From Psammoneis japonica (taxonomy: Eukaryota): a stretch of DNA of 64,000 bases. The position numbers were made by a program, and so were the translations under genes. The notes under the pieces were generated by a model. The model saw nothing but the letters and a program-made list of their open reading frames with translations. It had not been told where the DNA came from and did not search any database. The stretch is from contig QPGO01000011.1 in the NCBI GenBank assembly GCA_008632985.1, positions 434,001-498,000 of the forward strand. Reading direction: 5' to 3'. Below, piece by piece: positions 35,751-49,700 of this stretch; position 1 is the first letter of the stretch; each line of letters starts with the position of its first letter.

Positions 35751-36266
35751 ATGACGGCCTCTGCAATTACCTTTCAGATTTCTCTGCTCATCGCGGCGCT
35801 CCTGTGTACCGCAGTTTTTGGAATGATGCTTGTGTTTACTGCTGTCGTTATGCCAGGCATTGCGACACTGGATGATGGCGCCTATCTCCGTGCATTTCAG
35901 GTGATTGATGGAGTCATACAAAGAAATGAGCCGATCTTTGTGACTGTCTGGATTGGAAGCATTTTGTCTCTGCTTGTGGCCTCTATCTTGGGCTTTAGCG
36001 AATTGAATGGATCCAAGTTGGCTTTTATGATTGTTTCAACTTTCGGCTACCTCGTCGGTCAGTTCACAACCTTTACCATTAATGTTCCACTTAACAATCG
36101 AGTCAAGACTTTGAACATAGACCAAATGGATGTGATGGCCAAGACGATGGAGAGAGACCGGTTCGAATCAAGGTGGAACTTCTGGAACGCGTTCCGCACA
36201 GTCATTTTCGGCTTCGTATCTATGTACCTGTTGGTTCTTCTCCTTCTCACCGACTCCGAATTATAA
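35751..36266 (+). CDS. DUF1772 / anthrone oxygenase-like membrane protein
   Basis: VVMPGI, AFQVID, NVPLNN, RDRFESRWNFWNAFRT motifs. Confidence 0.8.
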   Translation: MTASAITFQISLLIAALLCTAVFGMMLVFTAVVMPGIATLDDGAYLRAFQVIDGVIQRNEPIFVTVWIGSILSLLVASILGFSELNGSKLAFMIVSTFGYLVGQFTTFTINVPLNNRVKTLNIDQMDVMAKTMERDRFESRWNFWNAFRTVIFGFVSMYLLVLLLLTDSEL

Positions 36267-36460
36267 ACATTTCATACCTTCGGTAAAGGAGACTCTTTCT
36301 CCTCTACCGGTATTGTCGAGTAACACTAGAAATATGACGTGTGTCGATCTGCAACTCTTCTTGCCAATGTCGCTGAAAATTTCTACTTTGCTCGCATAAC
36401 GAAGCTACAATAGATGCACTGGTTTGGAGGATGCAGTGTGACTCTTTAACGCCTTGTATT

Positions 36461-38153
36461 CTACAGAGAAATTGCAAGAACCTTGTGCACGGCCTCCATA
36501 AGCCTGTGGGGTGATTCTGCGGTCGGATCGTGTCCCATCCCGGTCAGCTCTTCTAAATGAATCTTTGGAAACAGGCGAGCCAATCGCCTCGCATTGGCTA
36601 GAGGTGTCAACGGGTCTCGCGTCCCTTGAATAATGGAAACTGACCTCACATTGGGTCGTTCCAAAACGTCGGCCAGGAGTTGCAAGTCCCCTCCGGGATA
36701 TGACAAGAATCCATGACAAAACGGCTGAGCTCTCAGAAAATGAATCACACCCTCAACGCAGCCGTCAACAATTGATGGCCAGCGATAGCGCTCCACATCA
36801 CTGGCTGTCAACACGTTTTTGTCTCCCCAACAAAGCCACAGCAGTATGTGCCAAAAAGGTCTGAATCTGTCGTGTCGCGCACGACGATGTAACGTCAGGA
36901 GACAAGAGTTAAAAACATGAGACACCGGGCACCAGATAGTCACGTACGCAATAGTCCGCTTCAGCAAGAAGTAGCTTGGAGGGTCGATCAAAAAAATCCG
37001 TAATAATCGGATGAAAGGCAAACACAAAGCATAGAAGCTTTCAAACAGATTTGAAACGGACTCAAATAACAGCTGGCCAGCACTGGCTTCACCACGTGGA
37101 CTGGACGGTTCCGGCCCAAAAACAGCAGGTGCAACAAGAATAACCTGCACCTCTGTCGACTCAGGGAGCTGCAATGCCATGCGAAGAGTTGTGAGGGAAC
37201 CCATCGAGTGCCCTATCAACACTACGTTGCTACTCTGCTTCAATGGCTTTTCTCCGAAAAAGGACAGAGTTCGTTCCAAAAGGGCGAGCCCAATACCAGC
37301 AGAGAAAGAGAAGCCGTAGCGATGTAAATCCCGGATATGCTCAACTGGTGGTCGACTTGTAAGGCCAAAGCCCACCGTATCGTGTGAAAGCACGTGGGAA
37401 ACCTGAAGCTCCTTTTCTAGTTTGCGCATGACTGGCAGCCATATGTGAGACCAGGCCCCGAAGCCATGATTACAGTAGATCGCATCAATTTCGCTACATG
37501 CTGTGCTGCTTTTGATATGTAGATAGTGAACGTCAAGCGAGTAAGGTCCATCGTCGTCCTCAACCTCAACAGTGTCGATATTGGAGAAAGCGGATGGGAG
37601 CAAACCTTTATCTGCGAGGTATGTTGTTGAAACCTGAGAAGGGCTGTACCAGAGCTCTTGAACGATCATCGTAGATGCAGCATATAATAGAACAATAAGA
37701 ACAAAAATGGAGAAGAATACCGCGGGACGTTGTCGACATGAACCTGACAAAGGTTAGCAATGGTAACGGCAGTGACTACCGCCACAATGAACAGCACAAG
37801 CGGGTTGCCAACGGAATGCTACCGTAGGAACCGTCAGTTTCTTTTGGAATTAAGGACTCGTCAGAGTTGACCCCCCTTCTCGTCTCTTCCTCTGGGGGCA
37901 GGGGCGACAAGCAGTGAGCCTCTGCTGCCACGTTAATCCTCCACTTTCTAGTTTCATCGACAAGTTCGTTGCCTCGAATCCGAATACTGCGCCACCAATA
38001 CTCTGCTCTAATTGCGGAAGAAGAAGCTATTCCGCTACATGAGCGTCTCCGTACGCTTTTTTTGTTGCGTGGAGGAGCGATCCCCTTCGTCGGCGAGAGC
38101 TTGGGGGCGGCAGTAGGGTATCTGTCGCGGTTGCCGATGATCATCCCCTTCAT
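36461..38153 (-). CDS. Alpha/beta hydrolase, tandem copy 1; intron near 36870-36947, frame break near 37770
   Basis: NHGFG, DTVGFGLT, GHSMG, QGTRD, GH catalytic motifs. Confidence 0.8.
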
Positions 38154-38701
38154 GGATGAAAAGAGAAGAAAACTACTGGGTGGTTACCAGTAGAATCAAT
38201 CTATTCTAAAATGATGTGTATGCCACAGGGCTAGGGAGTTACTCAGATATTGAATGTTGTGGTCGCGATCGACTTCTCCCAGAAGACACCGTGCGTACGG
38301 TATGTATCACAACATCATCGAAACAAAATGTTCACAAATTCAAAAGCAAAAACCTCGTCGGATTCGGAGTTCAAGTTAGCCGTTCGTCATCATGACGTCA
38401 CTCTCCATACCGGTACTCTACTAGAGTACCGTAGATAGAGAGTGGAGAGTAGTCCTAAAGCTAGCCTGAAAGCCACCGTACACTATAAAAAATACGACTA
38501 CTAGCTAGAGTAGAGAGCATAGGCAGGCACAGAACTTCTACTATCTAGCTTCTAGAGAATAAGAACTTACGACGGCGCAGTTCTTCTTCTCAATTATATT
38601 CGATCGCACTCTTGCAGGCAGGTATCTATCTTTTCTCTTCTATCTTAAAATAAACAAAATGCACGATGACAACATCCTGCAGTGAAAGATCGCCCTCATT
38701 T

Positions 38702-40433
38702 CTAATACATTGCTTTTTTCTTCAAAATCGCATTTACGGCCTGCAAAAGCCTATCGGGCGATTCAGCGATCGGATCGTGTCCCATTCCAGCCAGCTCTTC
38801 TAAATGAATCTTTGGAAAAAGGCGAGCCAATCGCCTCGCATTGGCTAGAGGTGTCAACGGGTCTCGCGTCCCTTGAATGATGGAAACTGACCTCACATTG
38901 GGGCGTTCCAAAACGTCATAGAGGAGTTGCAAGTCACCTCCGGGATAGGACAAGAATCCATGACAAAACGGTTGCGCTATCAGAAAATGAATCGTGCCTT
39001 CGACGCAGCCGTCAACAATTGATGGCCAGCGATAGCGCTCCACATCATTGTCTGTCAAGACCTTTTTGTCTCCCCAACAAAGCCACAAAAGAGTGTGCCA
39101 GAAGGGTCTGAACCTGTAGGGATGGCAGCGACGAATGTAACCGAGCTGTTGTCAGACTGTGACTGAAAAAGCAGAACTAAAGAAACTGTCATAAAACATA
39201 CGCAATAGTCCGTTTGAGCAAAAAGTAGCTCGGTGGATCGATCAAAGTGAAACGCAAGAATCGGATGAAAGGCAAACACAAAGCATAGAATCTTCCCAAC
39301 AGATTTGAAATGCAATCAAATAACAGCCGAGCAGTACTGGCTTGACCACAAAGATCGGAAGGTTCCGGCCCAACAACAGCAGGTGCAACAAGAATGACTT
39401 GCACCTCTGTCGACTCAGGGAGATGCAATGCCATACGTAGAGTTGTGAGTGACCCCATCGAGTGCCCTATCAAGACAACATTGGTATTTTCATTCAAAGA
39501 CCTTTTGTTGTGGAACAACAGAGTTCGTTCCAAAAGGGCGAGCCCAATACCAGCAGAGAAAGAGAAGCCGTAGCGATGTAAATCCCGGATATGCTCAACT
39601 GGCGGCCGACTTGTAAGACCAAAGCCCACCGTATCGTGCGAAAGCACATGAGAAACACGAAGTTGCTCAGCCATTTTTCTCATAACAGGCAGCCAAATGA
39701 GAGACCATGCCCCAAAGCCATGGTTGCAATAGATGGCATCGATCTTGTTATCTCCAGAACTACCCTTCGTGTGCAAATAGTGAACATCAAGCGAATAAGG
39801 TCCATCGTCGTCCTCAACCTCGACTGTGTCAAAGTTGGAGAAAACTGATGGGAGCAAAGCTTTATCAACAAGGTAAGCGGTAGAAACCTGAATAGGACTG
39901 TGCCAGATCTCTTGAATAGCAGTAGAACACACCAAATAGAACGCAATCGCCGAAACAAGCGACGGATAGACGTAGCTGGATCTTTCCGAATCATTATCAT
40001 AGGCGTTGATTGCCAATCCAACGGTGAGAGCAAAGATAATTGACAAGATGGTAAGCTTCAAGCGAGTTGCTGTCGAAAGGCTGTTGTAAGCGCCGTCCAT
40101 TCCTTCTGGCATCAAGTACATATCCGAGTCCCCGGGATTCAGGACAGAAGATGGGTGCCTTTTTGGCTTATCATCAGGAGGCTGGCGCGACAGAAAACGT
40201 GCTTCTGCAGCAACTGTGTGCTTCCACTTTTCAGTTTCAGTGGCAAGCTCATCGTCCGTAAGCTTGTTCCACCAATACTTTGCTTCGCTAATATGGGGTG
40301 TAGACGTTGCAAGCGACGACCGCCTCTTCTCGACGCTCTCGATCATCGACTGAGAGCTGATCGAACACATGGACGAGCGCTTGGAAGGGACAGGACGTTG
40401 CTTCAAACCATTGTCATTGATTCTATCCTTCAT
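38702..40433 (-). CDS. Alpha/beta hydrolase, tandem copy 2; intron near 39115-39200
   Basis: Same motifs and intron position as copy 1; N-terminal TM segments. Confidence 0.85.
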
Positions 40434-40703
40434 AATTTACAAATTTCACCAGATGCTGTGAGCATGCCTTGAACGAAGCATAGCGTCTACTCGAGAGCTA
40501 CCATAGAGCATAGAGATGTGTCGTGACGCGTTCTTCGCAGTTCGCATGGTGGAGAGAAGGTGTTGATGAGAGCAGAGCAGCACAAAAAGATACACTGGCT
40601 GTAAGAAGATCGCATCGCGCGCATCGCCGCATCGCGCAGTTGGCGCCTCCATCCTCTGGGCACCCTCTAATAGCCCTACCATACGGTTGCCCTAAACCCA
40701 AAC

Positions 40704-42481
40704 TTAGCCTGCTACTTCATCAGATTCGACAAACGTTGTGCTGCCCTTGGCGTCCACATGGAGAAAAGCACATGCTCGATCTCGTTTACAGCCACCTGGG
40801 TCCAAATGATAGGACATGCAATGCTGCGAATGGTCCTTCTTCCACAATTCCAGTTGCTGAGGTCTGGGAAGCGACGAGAGCTTTTGAACGGTTTCGACAG
40901 TTGGCAATTCGGCACCCATTCTTAGATAGTACTCCAAGTCGGACCGTTTTTCCCGCTTGGCCTTGCGAATCATGCGTGCCTCATATGCCTTGCGTTTGCC
41001 TTCCTCGCGACGCTTCTTTTCGAGCGCCTCCTTTTGTCTCGCAGCCTTGGCCTTGTCAAACACAAAAGCCTCTGGATCTGCACGGTACTTGATACATTTT
41101 TGAATGACTGCCTCTACATCCTCGACAGATTGACAAGCAATGCACTCTTCCATTAATTGGTATTGTGTCAAAAGCCCTTTGAGCATGCGTCGTGTATGGA
41201 AAATGATGGTCCGAATCTTTGTGGGGTATCGACGAACGAGCGCAAGGTACTCTTGCGCAAGAGCAATTGGATCGCTAGCTGACTTGTACAGCTCCGAGAG
41301 CGAAACGTTCATTGTAGTAGAGTCGCTCCCATTCTTTACTTTCCCGATTTCATGAGCTTTCTTTCTGACCTTCTCGAGGCGCTTTTCGACGTCTTCTTTG
41401 TTGGCAAGTTTCTCTCGTTGGTTTTCATTGATACTGTCACGTCCATCTCGCTTCATTAACGTTTCAATCTTTTCAATCTTGTGCAACTTTTTGAGTAGTT
41501 TGCGTTCTTTCTCATCATACTTCATGCTCTTCACACTACCAGCCAACGGGTTCTGAACTGTTATCATTGTTTTTGTATCATCTTGAGAACCAAACCTCGG
41601 AAGAAAGAGAGCAGGATTGTCTAATATCCCTTCGGCACTCATGATTCCGTCCGCCAGGGTAGACTTGAGATTTTTCACGACATCGTCATAGGTTATGACA
41701 TTGCCATTGGCAAGAATAACGACCTTATCTTGTAGAGCACGCTTGATCTCCAGCACTTGATCCAACATGGCGGGGCCGTCTCTGGCTCCCGGCCCCTTTC
41801 GTTCAAAGCTGGCTCGGTATCTCGCGTGAATAGCAATCAATGTGGCACCCGCATCGGCAAGCTCACGGCACAGCTCAATCGTATCCTCCACGGTATCCAG
41901 AAGCCGAATTTTGCAAAAAATTGGAATCTTGACCGCTTGAGCACCAGCCCGCACAATATCCAACACCAATTCGCGATCCTTCTTGTCTAGCAGATACGAA
42001 CCAAAGTGTCCGACATACGCGGTTCGTTGAGGACATCCCAAGTTCAAATCGATAGCATCACATACTGGTTCACATAGTTTAGCGGCATTAGCAAATTCGT
42101 CGGGGTTGTTGGCGGAAAAGTGACAAACCAATGGTCGATCTTGAGGTACTGTTGAAACTCCTCCCGCCGGTATTTTTCGCTTTTTGCAAATTGAGAACTT
42201 GACATCATGGGCGTATATGCCAATTGAGCGCCGTACTTGCGACACAACAAACGAAACGCAAGTTCTGAAGCTCCAACCATGGGTGCCAAAACATGCTTGT
42301 AATCAAACGGAAAATCATTCATGTTTCTCAGTGATGTTTCGTTCGCTAGCTCACACGTTCGCCCCCGCTTGGGTTTTGCAGCATCGGAATCTTTGCCGTC
42401 ATCAGCGCTCTTTCGTTTCTTGTGCTTCTTTTTCCTCTTTTTGTCATGCTTTCTGTCGGTGTTGGCTTTATCTTTTGACAT
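40704..42481 (-). CDS. DUS1: tRNA-dihydrouridine synthase (DUS1-like) with C-terminal CCCH finger; frameshift at ~42150
   Basis: LAPMVGASELAFRLLCR, YTPM, DRPL, IDLNLGCPQ, CKIR, IHAR, ANGNV, MSAEGILDNP. Confidence 0.85.
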
Positions 42482-42642
42482 TATCAAGCAATCTCTTTTA
42501 CTAAGCAAGGATTTAAAGAGCCTGTTCAGGCCGTGATGGATGTTTGAGTTGTGTGAGGCATGAAAAAAGACCCGGTGATATCGCCGATCGCCGCGATCCG
42601 GTTCCGTTCCACGTTCCACGCGCTGCGGGCAGGATTCGATGA

Positions 42643-43775
42643 TTCTGTAGGCAGAAGGCCGGCAACTCGTTCTGATCCATTGACTGCCTGGCCAAGAACC
42701 ACTAAGAAGTAACTCGAAATTAATGTGCTTAGGAGTCTCACAGAGTGGAGCTCATCTTGGTCCAGTTCTGCTCCGCACAAGGGGGGTTGGGTAAAACCCA
42801 AACCCTCCGCAAGGTCCCGTGCAGAGCACGGCACGGTGGGGCTCAGGGAAAGGACCAGACGAGTTTGCTTGGGGTGCTTCTGGAACGAGACCATTCGGAG
42901 GCATCCTTTGGCATTGCACAATGTTGGAGCCTCTCACCAGCTTGATCTTGAACTCAGAATCAGAGACAACGCCAGATGCTGTTCCCTTGACTTCGTTGAC
43001 GGGCGTCGCCCAAAGCAAAGCACCACAGGCAGGTTCTTCCTTGACCTCCGCCGACTGACTCCCACGGCCCAATCAATGGAGAGAGCACAAATCCAGGGAG
43101 TGGTGGGTGGGCAGCAAAAAGACAGCTTTTCCAGTGCTTTGGGATCATCTGGTCATGTTGATCAGAGTTCCTGTCTCAACAAAGCTGGAAAAGTGAGAAC
43201 AACAAAAACTGAAAGTTTGGCCGGTCACAAAGGGCAAAGACTGTGACCAGTCATCTTGGCATGGAGGCACCCTCCTCCAAAAAAGGCATGTTTCCAATGG
43301 ACAAGACTTGTTGCCTGGTCTTGCTGTGTGCAGTTTGTCTCCATCTAAACTGGGGCACAAGGAGGGCTCAATTCTGCAGGCAGAATGCCAGCAGCAACTC
43401 GCTCTGATCCATTGACTGCCTGGCCAAAAACCACTGAGAAGCAACTTGACATTAACACACTTAGGATTCTCATGGAGTGGAGCTCTTGGTCAAGCTCTGC
43501 TCCACACAAGGGGGGTCAGGTAAAACCCTGACCCTCCGCAGGGTGCTGTGCAGAGCACGGGGCCTTGGGGAAAGGACCAGACACCAAGTTTGCTTGGGGA
43601 GCTTCTGGAACAAGACCAGCAGTGGGAGGTGTCCTTCAGCATTGCACAATGTGTTGGAGCCTCTCACTGGCTTGATCTTGAACTCAAAATTGGAGACAAT
43701 GCCAGATGCCATTCCCTTGACTTTGTTGACAGGTGACGTCTGAAGCAAAACACCGCAGGTTCCTCCTTGACCTCT
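42643..43775. repeat. Diverged ~400-bp direct repeat pair (~42643-43050 and ~43372-43775)
   Basis: Shared tctgatccattgactgcctggccaa...gcttgatcttgaactca...ttcccttgac; many differences are at TA and CG sites. Confidence 0.9.
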
Positions 43776-46700
43776 GGAAAAATTGTTTGAGCTCCATGAA
43801 AATTCTGCTTTCCTGGGCCACCAACTGTGCTGAGCACCTTTGGTCTCAGCACTTTGAAAGAAAAATCTTTGACTGTCTTCATCTGTCATCCTCTTTGGCA
43901 CTCCACCATGGCTGTTGACATGGTCCTGCACGCCACAGCAGCACACATGGCTGGGATCTGCTGCTTGCAATGAGATGCTGGCATGCTGTGATGTCCTGTT
44001 GTCACTGGCTGCCATTCTCCCAAACACAAGTGGCAGTGCTCTGGTTGTTTTTCCCTGTTGTTGCTGTTGCTGTCGTCATCATCATCGTTGCTGTCATCAT
44101 TGTTGTTGTCGTCATTGTTGCCACACTTGTGTTTTTGTTTTTGCTCATTTGTGCTGCTGCCTCTTTGTGCTGCAGCCATTGTGTGGTGCTGCCAATCTTC
44201 TTTTGCCACAAAGAAAACATCTGCCAACAGCAGCTGAGTCAAAAAAGGCCAAAGTCAAACCCACCTCCTTGTTCAACAATTGTGACTCAGCCAATGACAC
44301 TGCTGTGTCACACTTTGAAACATCATTGCTGCAGCCACAATTGGCTTTCATCATTTCCAAGCTTGACCTTGCAACTCTCTGTGTTGCTGGCCTTGGGAAT
44401 GTGTTGATTGCTGTGTGAGCACCCCTGCTGGAGATGGCAGCTGCTGTGGAGATGTCATGCTGTGTGTGCAAGGGCCCAAAGGAGGCCAGCATGGCAGAGG
44501 AAGGTGTTTTTGACAAGGACAGGGGATGGCTTTTGAAAGCCCATGCTGCTGTGTGACCATGCTGAGCTGAAACTTGTGGGCTTGCACAACTTTGCCTTGG
44601 ACAAGGCTGCAGCTGACAAAGACAGAGGTCTCTTGGCCATTGGGGTCAATGGAAAAGTTGTCAGAGAATGCAAGGTGGACAAGAGAAAGGAGCACAGCCA
44701 TGGTTTTGATCAGAAAGCTTGGTTTCAAAAGTTGCATGCTTTGGTGAAACATCTGTGGTGCCACCTTTGCTCTTTGGGATGAGTGATTGATTGTCTGCCA
44801 TGGCAAAGGGACAGAAATGTGTTGACGCATCATTGTTCTGGTGGAAAGGTGCAGCTGCTGGTGGCTTGTGAGGGATGCTTGGCTGTCACTCACCTCCCCC
44901 AACCAAGGAACCCTGCCATGATTGTCTGCAATGGCAGCAGCCATTGTCAACACTTGAGTCAATCACATGGCAAAGGAAATGGTGCGTGTTGTTTGTGCTC
45001 AGCCAGAGTTGCTTTTTGTCCATCTCTTGACATTCAGCACAAAACAATGCACCATTTGCTTTTTGCTGCTGGCGGCAGTGGCTGACTCTTGCACCCCAGC
45101 CATGTGCAGCACCCAGCTGAGCAGCAACACCAGGAGCCGCGTCAGCAGTGCCAGCAGCTGGAGAGCAAATCTTGTGCCAGCAAGAAAGAATGACAACAGA
45201 TGGACAAGACACAGAAGCAGTGTGAGCTTGTTGTTTTAAAACAGAAGCAAGCATGAAACAACACACAACTTCCTTTTTGCTGCTGGCACCAGTGAGTCAT
45301 TTGTGAGTGTGTGAGTGAGTGTGTGAGTGAGTGCGCCACTGCAGAAAGGACGGAACTTTGTGATGTTCATCATGATGTCATCCATCATCCATGCACAAGC
45401 ACCATTTGGCAATGGCACCAGCACACACAATGGCTGCTGTTCATTTCCATCCTCATTTCTGCACATCACACACTCACTTGCCACTCACCCCCGAAAGGCT
45501 TGTTTCATGGATTTCAAGCTCAACTTTGTTTTGACTTCTCAGAAAGCCCCCATGAACTTGAATGCCCTCAATGCTCCTTCAAGAAAGTTGAACAACTCAG
45601 CTCCATTGAATGGCCCATTCCATTTGAGATGACAAGAAGGAGGGACAAACTCTCAAATGGTGATGGAGCAGCCTCACACATGCAAACCAACCTGCCAAAC
45701 AGCCTGCACAAAAGAGTCTGGAATTGCCAGCCACTGGGTGTGTTCAACAAAAGATTGTCACAGCCTTCTCATTTTGGAGCTTGATTTTGGGCTATGTGGA
45801 AAATTGTGGTTTGGAGAAAAATGTCCAAAGCTGTTGGAGTTTGCTGTCTGTTGCAGTGCCACCAGCGCAGCTGTGCACATTCATTTTCTGTGTGACAAGC
45901 TTGTGGCATTTGGTTTGACACAAATTGAGGCACAAAAACAAAATGTGCAACACTTTCCAAAGCAGTGTGCATCTGGGCACTGATGGCATTTCTGCAAGAC
46001 TTCCAGCAAATTTGGCCATTTGTGCATGTGACAGCACCAAGTCCATTGTTGTGACATCAGCTTTTGGCTGTTTTGGAGAACTGGTGCAGCTGGTGTTGCA
46101 ACCTGGGGCTTTGATGCTCCTCCATCTCAGCACACACAGAATTTGCCACTTGTGCAGCTTGATCTCTGGTGCTTTCAGAGGAGGAACAGACCAGCGCTGT
46201 CTTCTTGCTGGCTCTGGGGATGTCTGGCACCAAACTGAGAAGATGGGGTGTGCAAGCCTTGCAGCAGGCAAAGATGAGCTGCCCTCAATGCCATGGTGAT
46301 CATTTTCACATGATGAAACCGCACACTTCCAAGCATGGCTTTTGCCATTTGTCTGCCAGCTCGTCTGTGCTGTCCCACATCATGCAAAGCACTGTCTTCT
46401 TGGCCTCTTTGCCAAGTGGCCCATTGCACACAACAACAAAAGGAGTGAAATGATGCTGTTGATCACCAAGGCAAGGCTTGAGACACTTGCATTTTTTTCA
46501 TGGTCCTCTGTCAGAACCTGCTCTGGTGTCTTGGACAAGCACGACCCTTGCCTGTGCCCACTGCTCAAATGTCCCACAGCTGTGTCTGGCACTCAACCCC
46601 ACTGTCTGTGGGCTGAGACATCTCCACAGTGACTGTCTCTCAACTTGCTTGAGATTGCAGCAATGCTCAGCAAACTGTTGGAGTTGCAGCTCTTGGCAGC

Positions 46701-49700
46701 TGGGCTTTCTGCCCAAGGTGCAGCCATCATCAGATGTCAAGTAAAGAACTCACATCCATGTCCACTGCAGCGATGCTCAGGTGGATCTGGTGGAGTGCTT
46801 CCATGTTGCTGCAAAAAGAAAGTGTCACAAAACTCTTTGCACAAAAGCTCAGCCAGCACCAGCACTCAGCATTGGCAGGTGGGCTGACAACTGCACACCC
46901 CACATGTGCCCAGTTGCTCATGACACAGGCCTTGTCACCAGGTCACAAATTTTGATGATTGACTTGCATGATTTGGAGCACTGAGTGCAAGTGATGCATG
47001 TGGAAAGAGGAAGAACACCCCATGTTTTGTCCAAAAAATTTGTGTTGCTTCTGGGGTGAAAACACATTGAGGTTGATCTGAGCACCGGCAAGTGTTGTCC
47101 GTGGAATCAAACTCACAAGCTGAGCACAGAAATCACACCAGTTTCCAAGCAACTCTCCTTTTGACTCTTTGTTTGCCGCCGCAATGCATTTGCACATTTT
47201 TTGGCACAGCTGTGCCACCCCACAAAAGAAAAACAACTGAGCGGCACTTCCATGTCACAGTTTGAAGTCATTGCACAATCAACAGCACTCCAATGCCCTG
47301 CATGCAGTGAGAGTCAGCAGTGCAGCAAGGTGTGCTCTGATGTCTTGGGTTGGTTTTTGTTGTTGTGTTGTTGATGTGTTTTTCACTCTTTGTGGTTTGC
47401 AGCTCTCCACATCAGTGCCCATGAAATTGTCCATTTTTGTGGGGCACTTTGTTGAGCCCATGTTTGTGTGGCATTTGGCCCTGCCATGGTGTTGAATCTC
47501 TTAGCATTTTTGCCCTAGATTGCAGTGCATTCTTTGCATGAAATCATGTGTGGTTTCAGCTCACTCCTTTTGTGCCAGCTTTTCAGCACAAACTTCAAGT
47601 GCAGCTCCACATGTTTGGACAGATTTTCAAGATGACAGCAGGCCAGGTTTTGCCATCCTGTTTTTCTTGTCATCTTTCTTGTTCTGAGTTTTCTTGTGCA
47701 GCTGACTTTCAGCTCTTGAAGAATGTCACCTGGAACTGCAAAGTGGGGCCCTTGCAATGTTCTCTTTGCATTTCATCATTCTGGCTCAGTGCAACTTCCC
47801 TTTGCATTTTTGCACTTGTGATCCCATTTTTTCATTGGCTGGACACAGGAAAAGAGCTGAGAAGTGTGGCCTGTTTGAGAAGGATGGGAAGCCAACCAGC
47901 GGTCACATGTGCATTTGTGTTGTCATCAACGACTTCATCTGCAGCCAGTGTGCTGGCAGCTGCGGTGTGGCCGGGGGTGCTCCATCTTTGTCAAAAGTTA
48001 AACCAGAAAATGCAGCAGGCTTGGTGCTCACTGGCAGCAGGCAGTGGCTCACCTCCTGTGGCAAGGCTTCCACAGAAAGACCAGGTGTGGCAACCATTCA
48101 CAAAAACATGCAATGGCTCACAGCCTGAGCTCTCATCACCACTGCTTGTTGCATCCAAAATGCCATCCACAGTGGCCATGGAGGTGTGTTTGTTTGGTGG
48201 CAACTCCACCTTGTGTGAGATTGGCACTGGCTCCCATGTGTGACAGTCTTGATCCTGCAGCAGCATGGCAAAAGCTAAGATTTTGGCTTGGATTGCTGTG
48301 TGTGCTTTGCTTGTTTCTGCGGAGGCCAGGGCAAAGAGTCTTGGTCTTGCGCAAAGCTGGCACAACCTCTCTTGCTTCTTGGCATGCTCTGCTGTCTCAT
48401 TCCAGAGCAAATTGCAAAGCCTCTGTTGTTGGTGGTGGCTGAATTGACTCTCACAAAGCTTGGCCTTTGAGATGCAGGCACAAGCCTCTGCACTCACCAA
48501 CTCCATGAACCCACATTCCCTTGACTTCTTCTGCGTGCTGTCTTTCATGTTGGACTTTCTTGGATGATTTGTCCCGGCGGGCAGTTCTTTCATCCTTCTT
48601 TCAAGTGCTCAAACTTTGGAGGCATGTGTTCAGTTTTTCTCTGCCACCATGCTTGTTTTTGGTGGCTCCCATGTGCCATGGTGGCTGGGCTTGCTTGTCC
48701 ATTTTTTGAAAAGCACAGCAACCTTGTTTGAAGTGTGGCGAGCATCTGGCCAGGTGCCGTTGTGGCTGGAAGCTGTGGTGTGTGGTGTGTGATGGTCATT
48801 GTTTTGCAGCAGTGCACCGAGAGCAGCAAAGTTGTCCCTGCCACCCTTTTGGATGCTGCTGGGGAATGTGAGTCTGCCACCATGGTCAGCATTGGCATGG
48901 CATGGGTGACAGCAAGACAGCGACACATGGCTGGCTTGCTTTTTCTATTTTCTTAACTTTGTGGTTTTGCTTGCCAGCTCATCAGCACTTTTTTGCACAC
49001 CATGGCAGGCACAAACACACAACACAGTGGCATTGCTGCTCTCCTGATGTGCTGGAGGGCCTTTTTTGATGTTGAGCAGTCTCCCAGAGCCAGCCCTTGT
49101 TTGTTGAGCTGCTTTTTCATGGTTTTCAGTGCAAAATCAGTGCTGTTTGTAGTGCTGGCAAGGTGGGTGTGGACAATGGCATGGTGTCTCCATGCTTGCA
49201 CTCAACTCCCAATTTTTTTGTTTGTGCAGCCCAGCATTGCCAGAGCTGTTTGGTGGCTGCAGCTGCATCCCCAGCACCTGCCCCAACACACCTTGTGATG
49301 CCTGGGCCAGATCAAAAAACCAAGGCAAGGTGTTTGGCCAGCCTTGTTTGCTTTCCTTGGAAGACCATCCATCCATCCATTTGCCAGCTGTCTGTTGAAG
49401 ACAATTTTGTCTCTTGTTTGTTGCCTCTCCTGCCAGATTGACAATGAGGGCACATCACACGCTGCAAGCTCATGAGATGAACAACCTGCACAGAGAAAGG
49501 CCTGCATTTTGCATGCAGCTCTTCTCTCAGAGTTGCCTTGGCAAGGATGCCTGCTGATGTGCTCCAGCTGTGCACAAATGAAAAATTGCAAAAATGAAGA
49601 CACTTCAGCACATGGCCCCGCACAGACCTCATTGGGTTGCCAACTTTGAACTGACTGCCAACTTTGAACTGAAAACTTGCAAAACCAAACGGCACATCTC

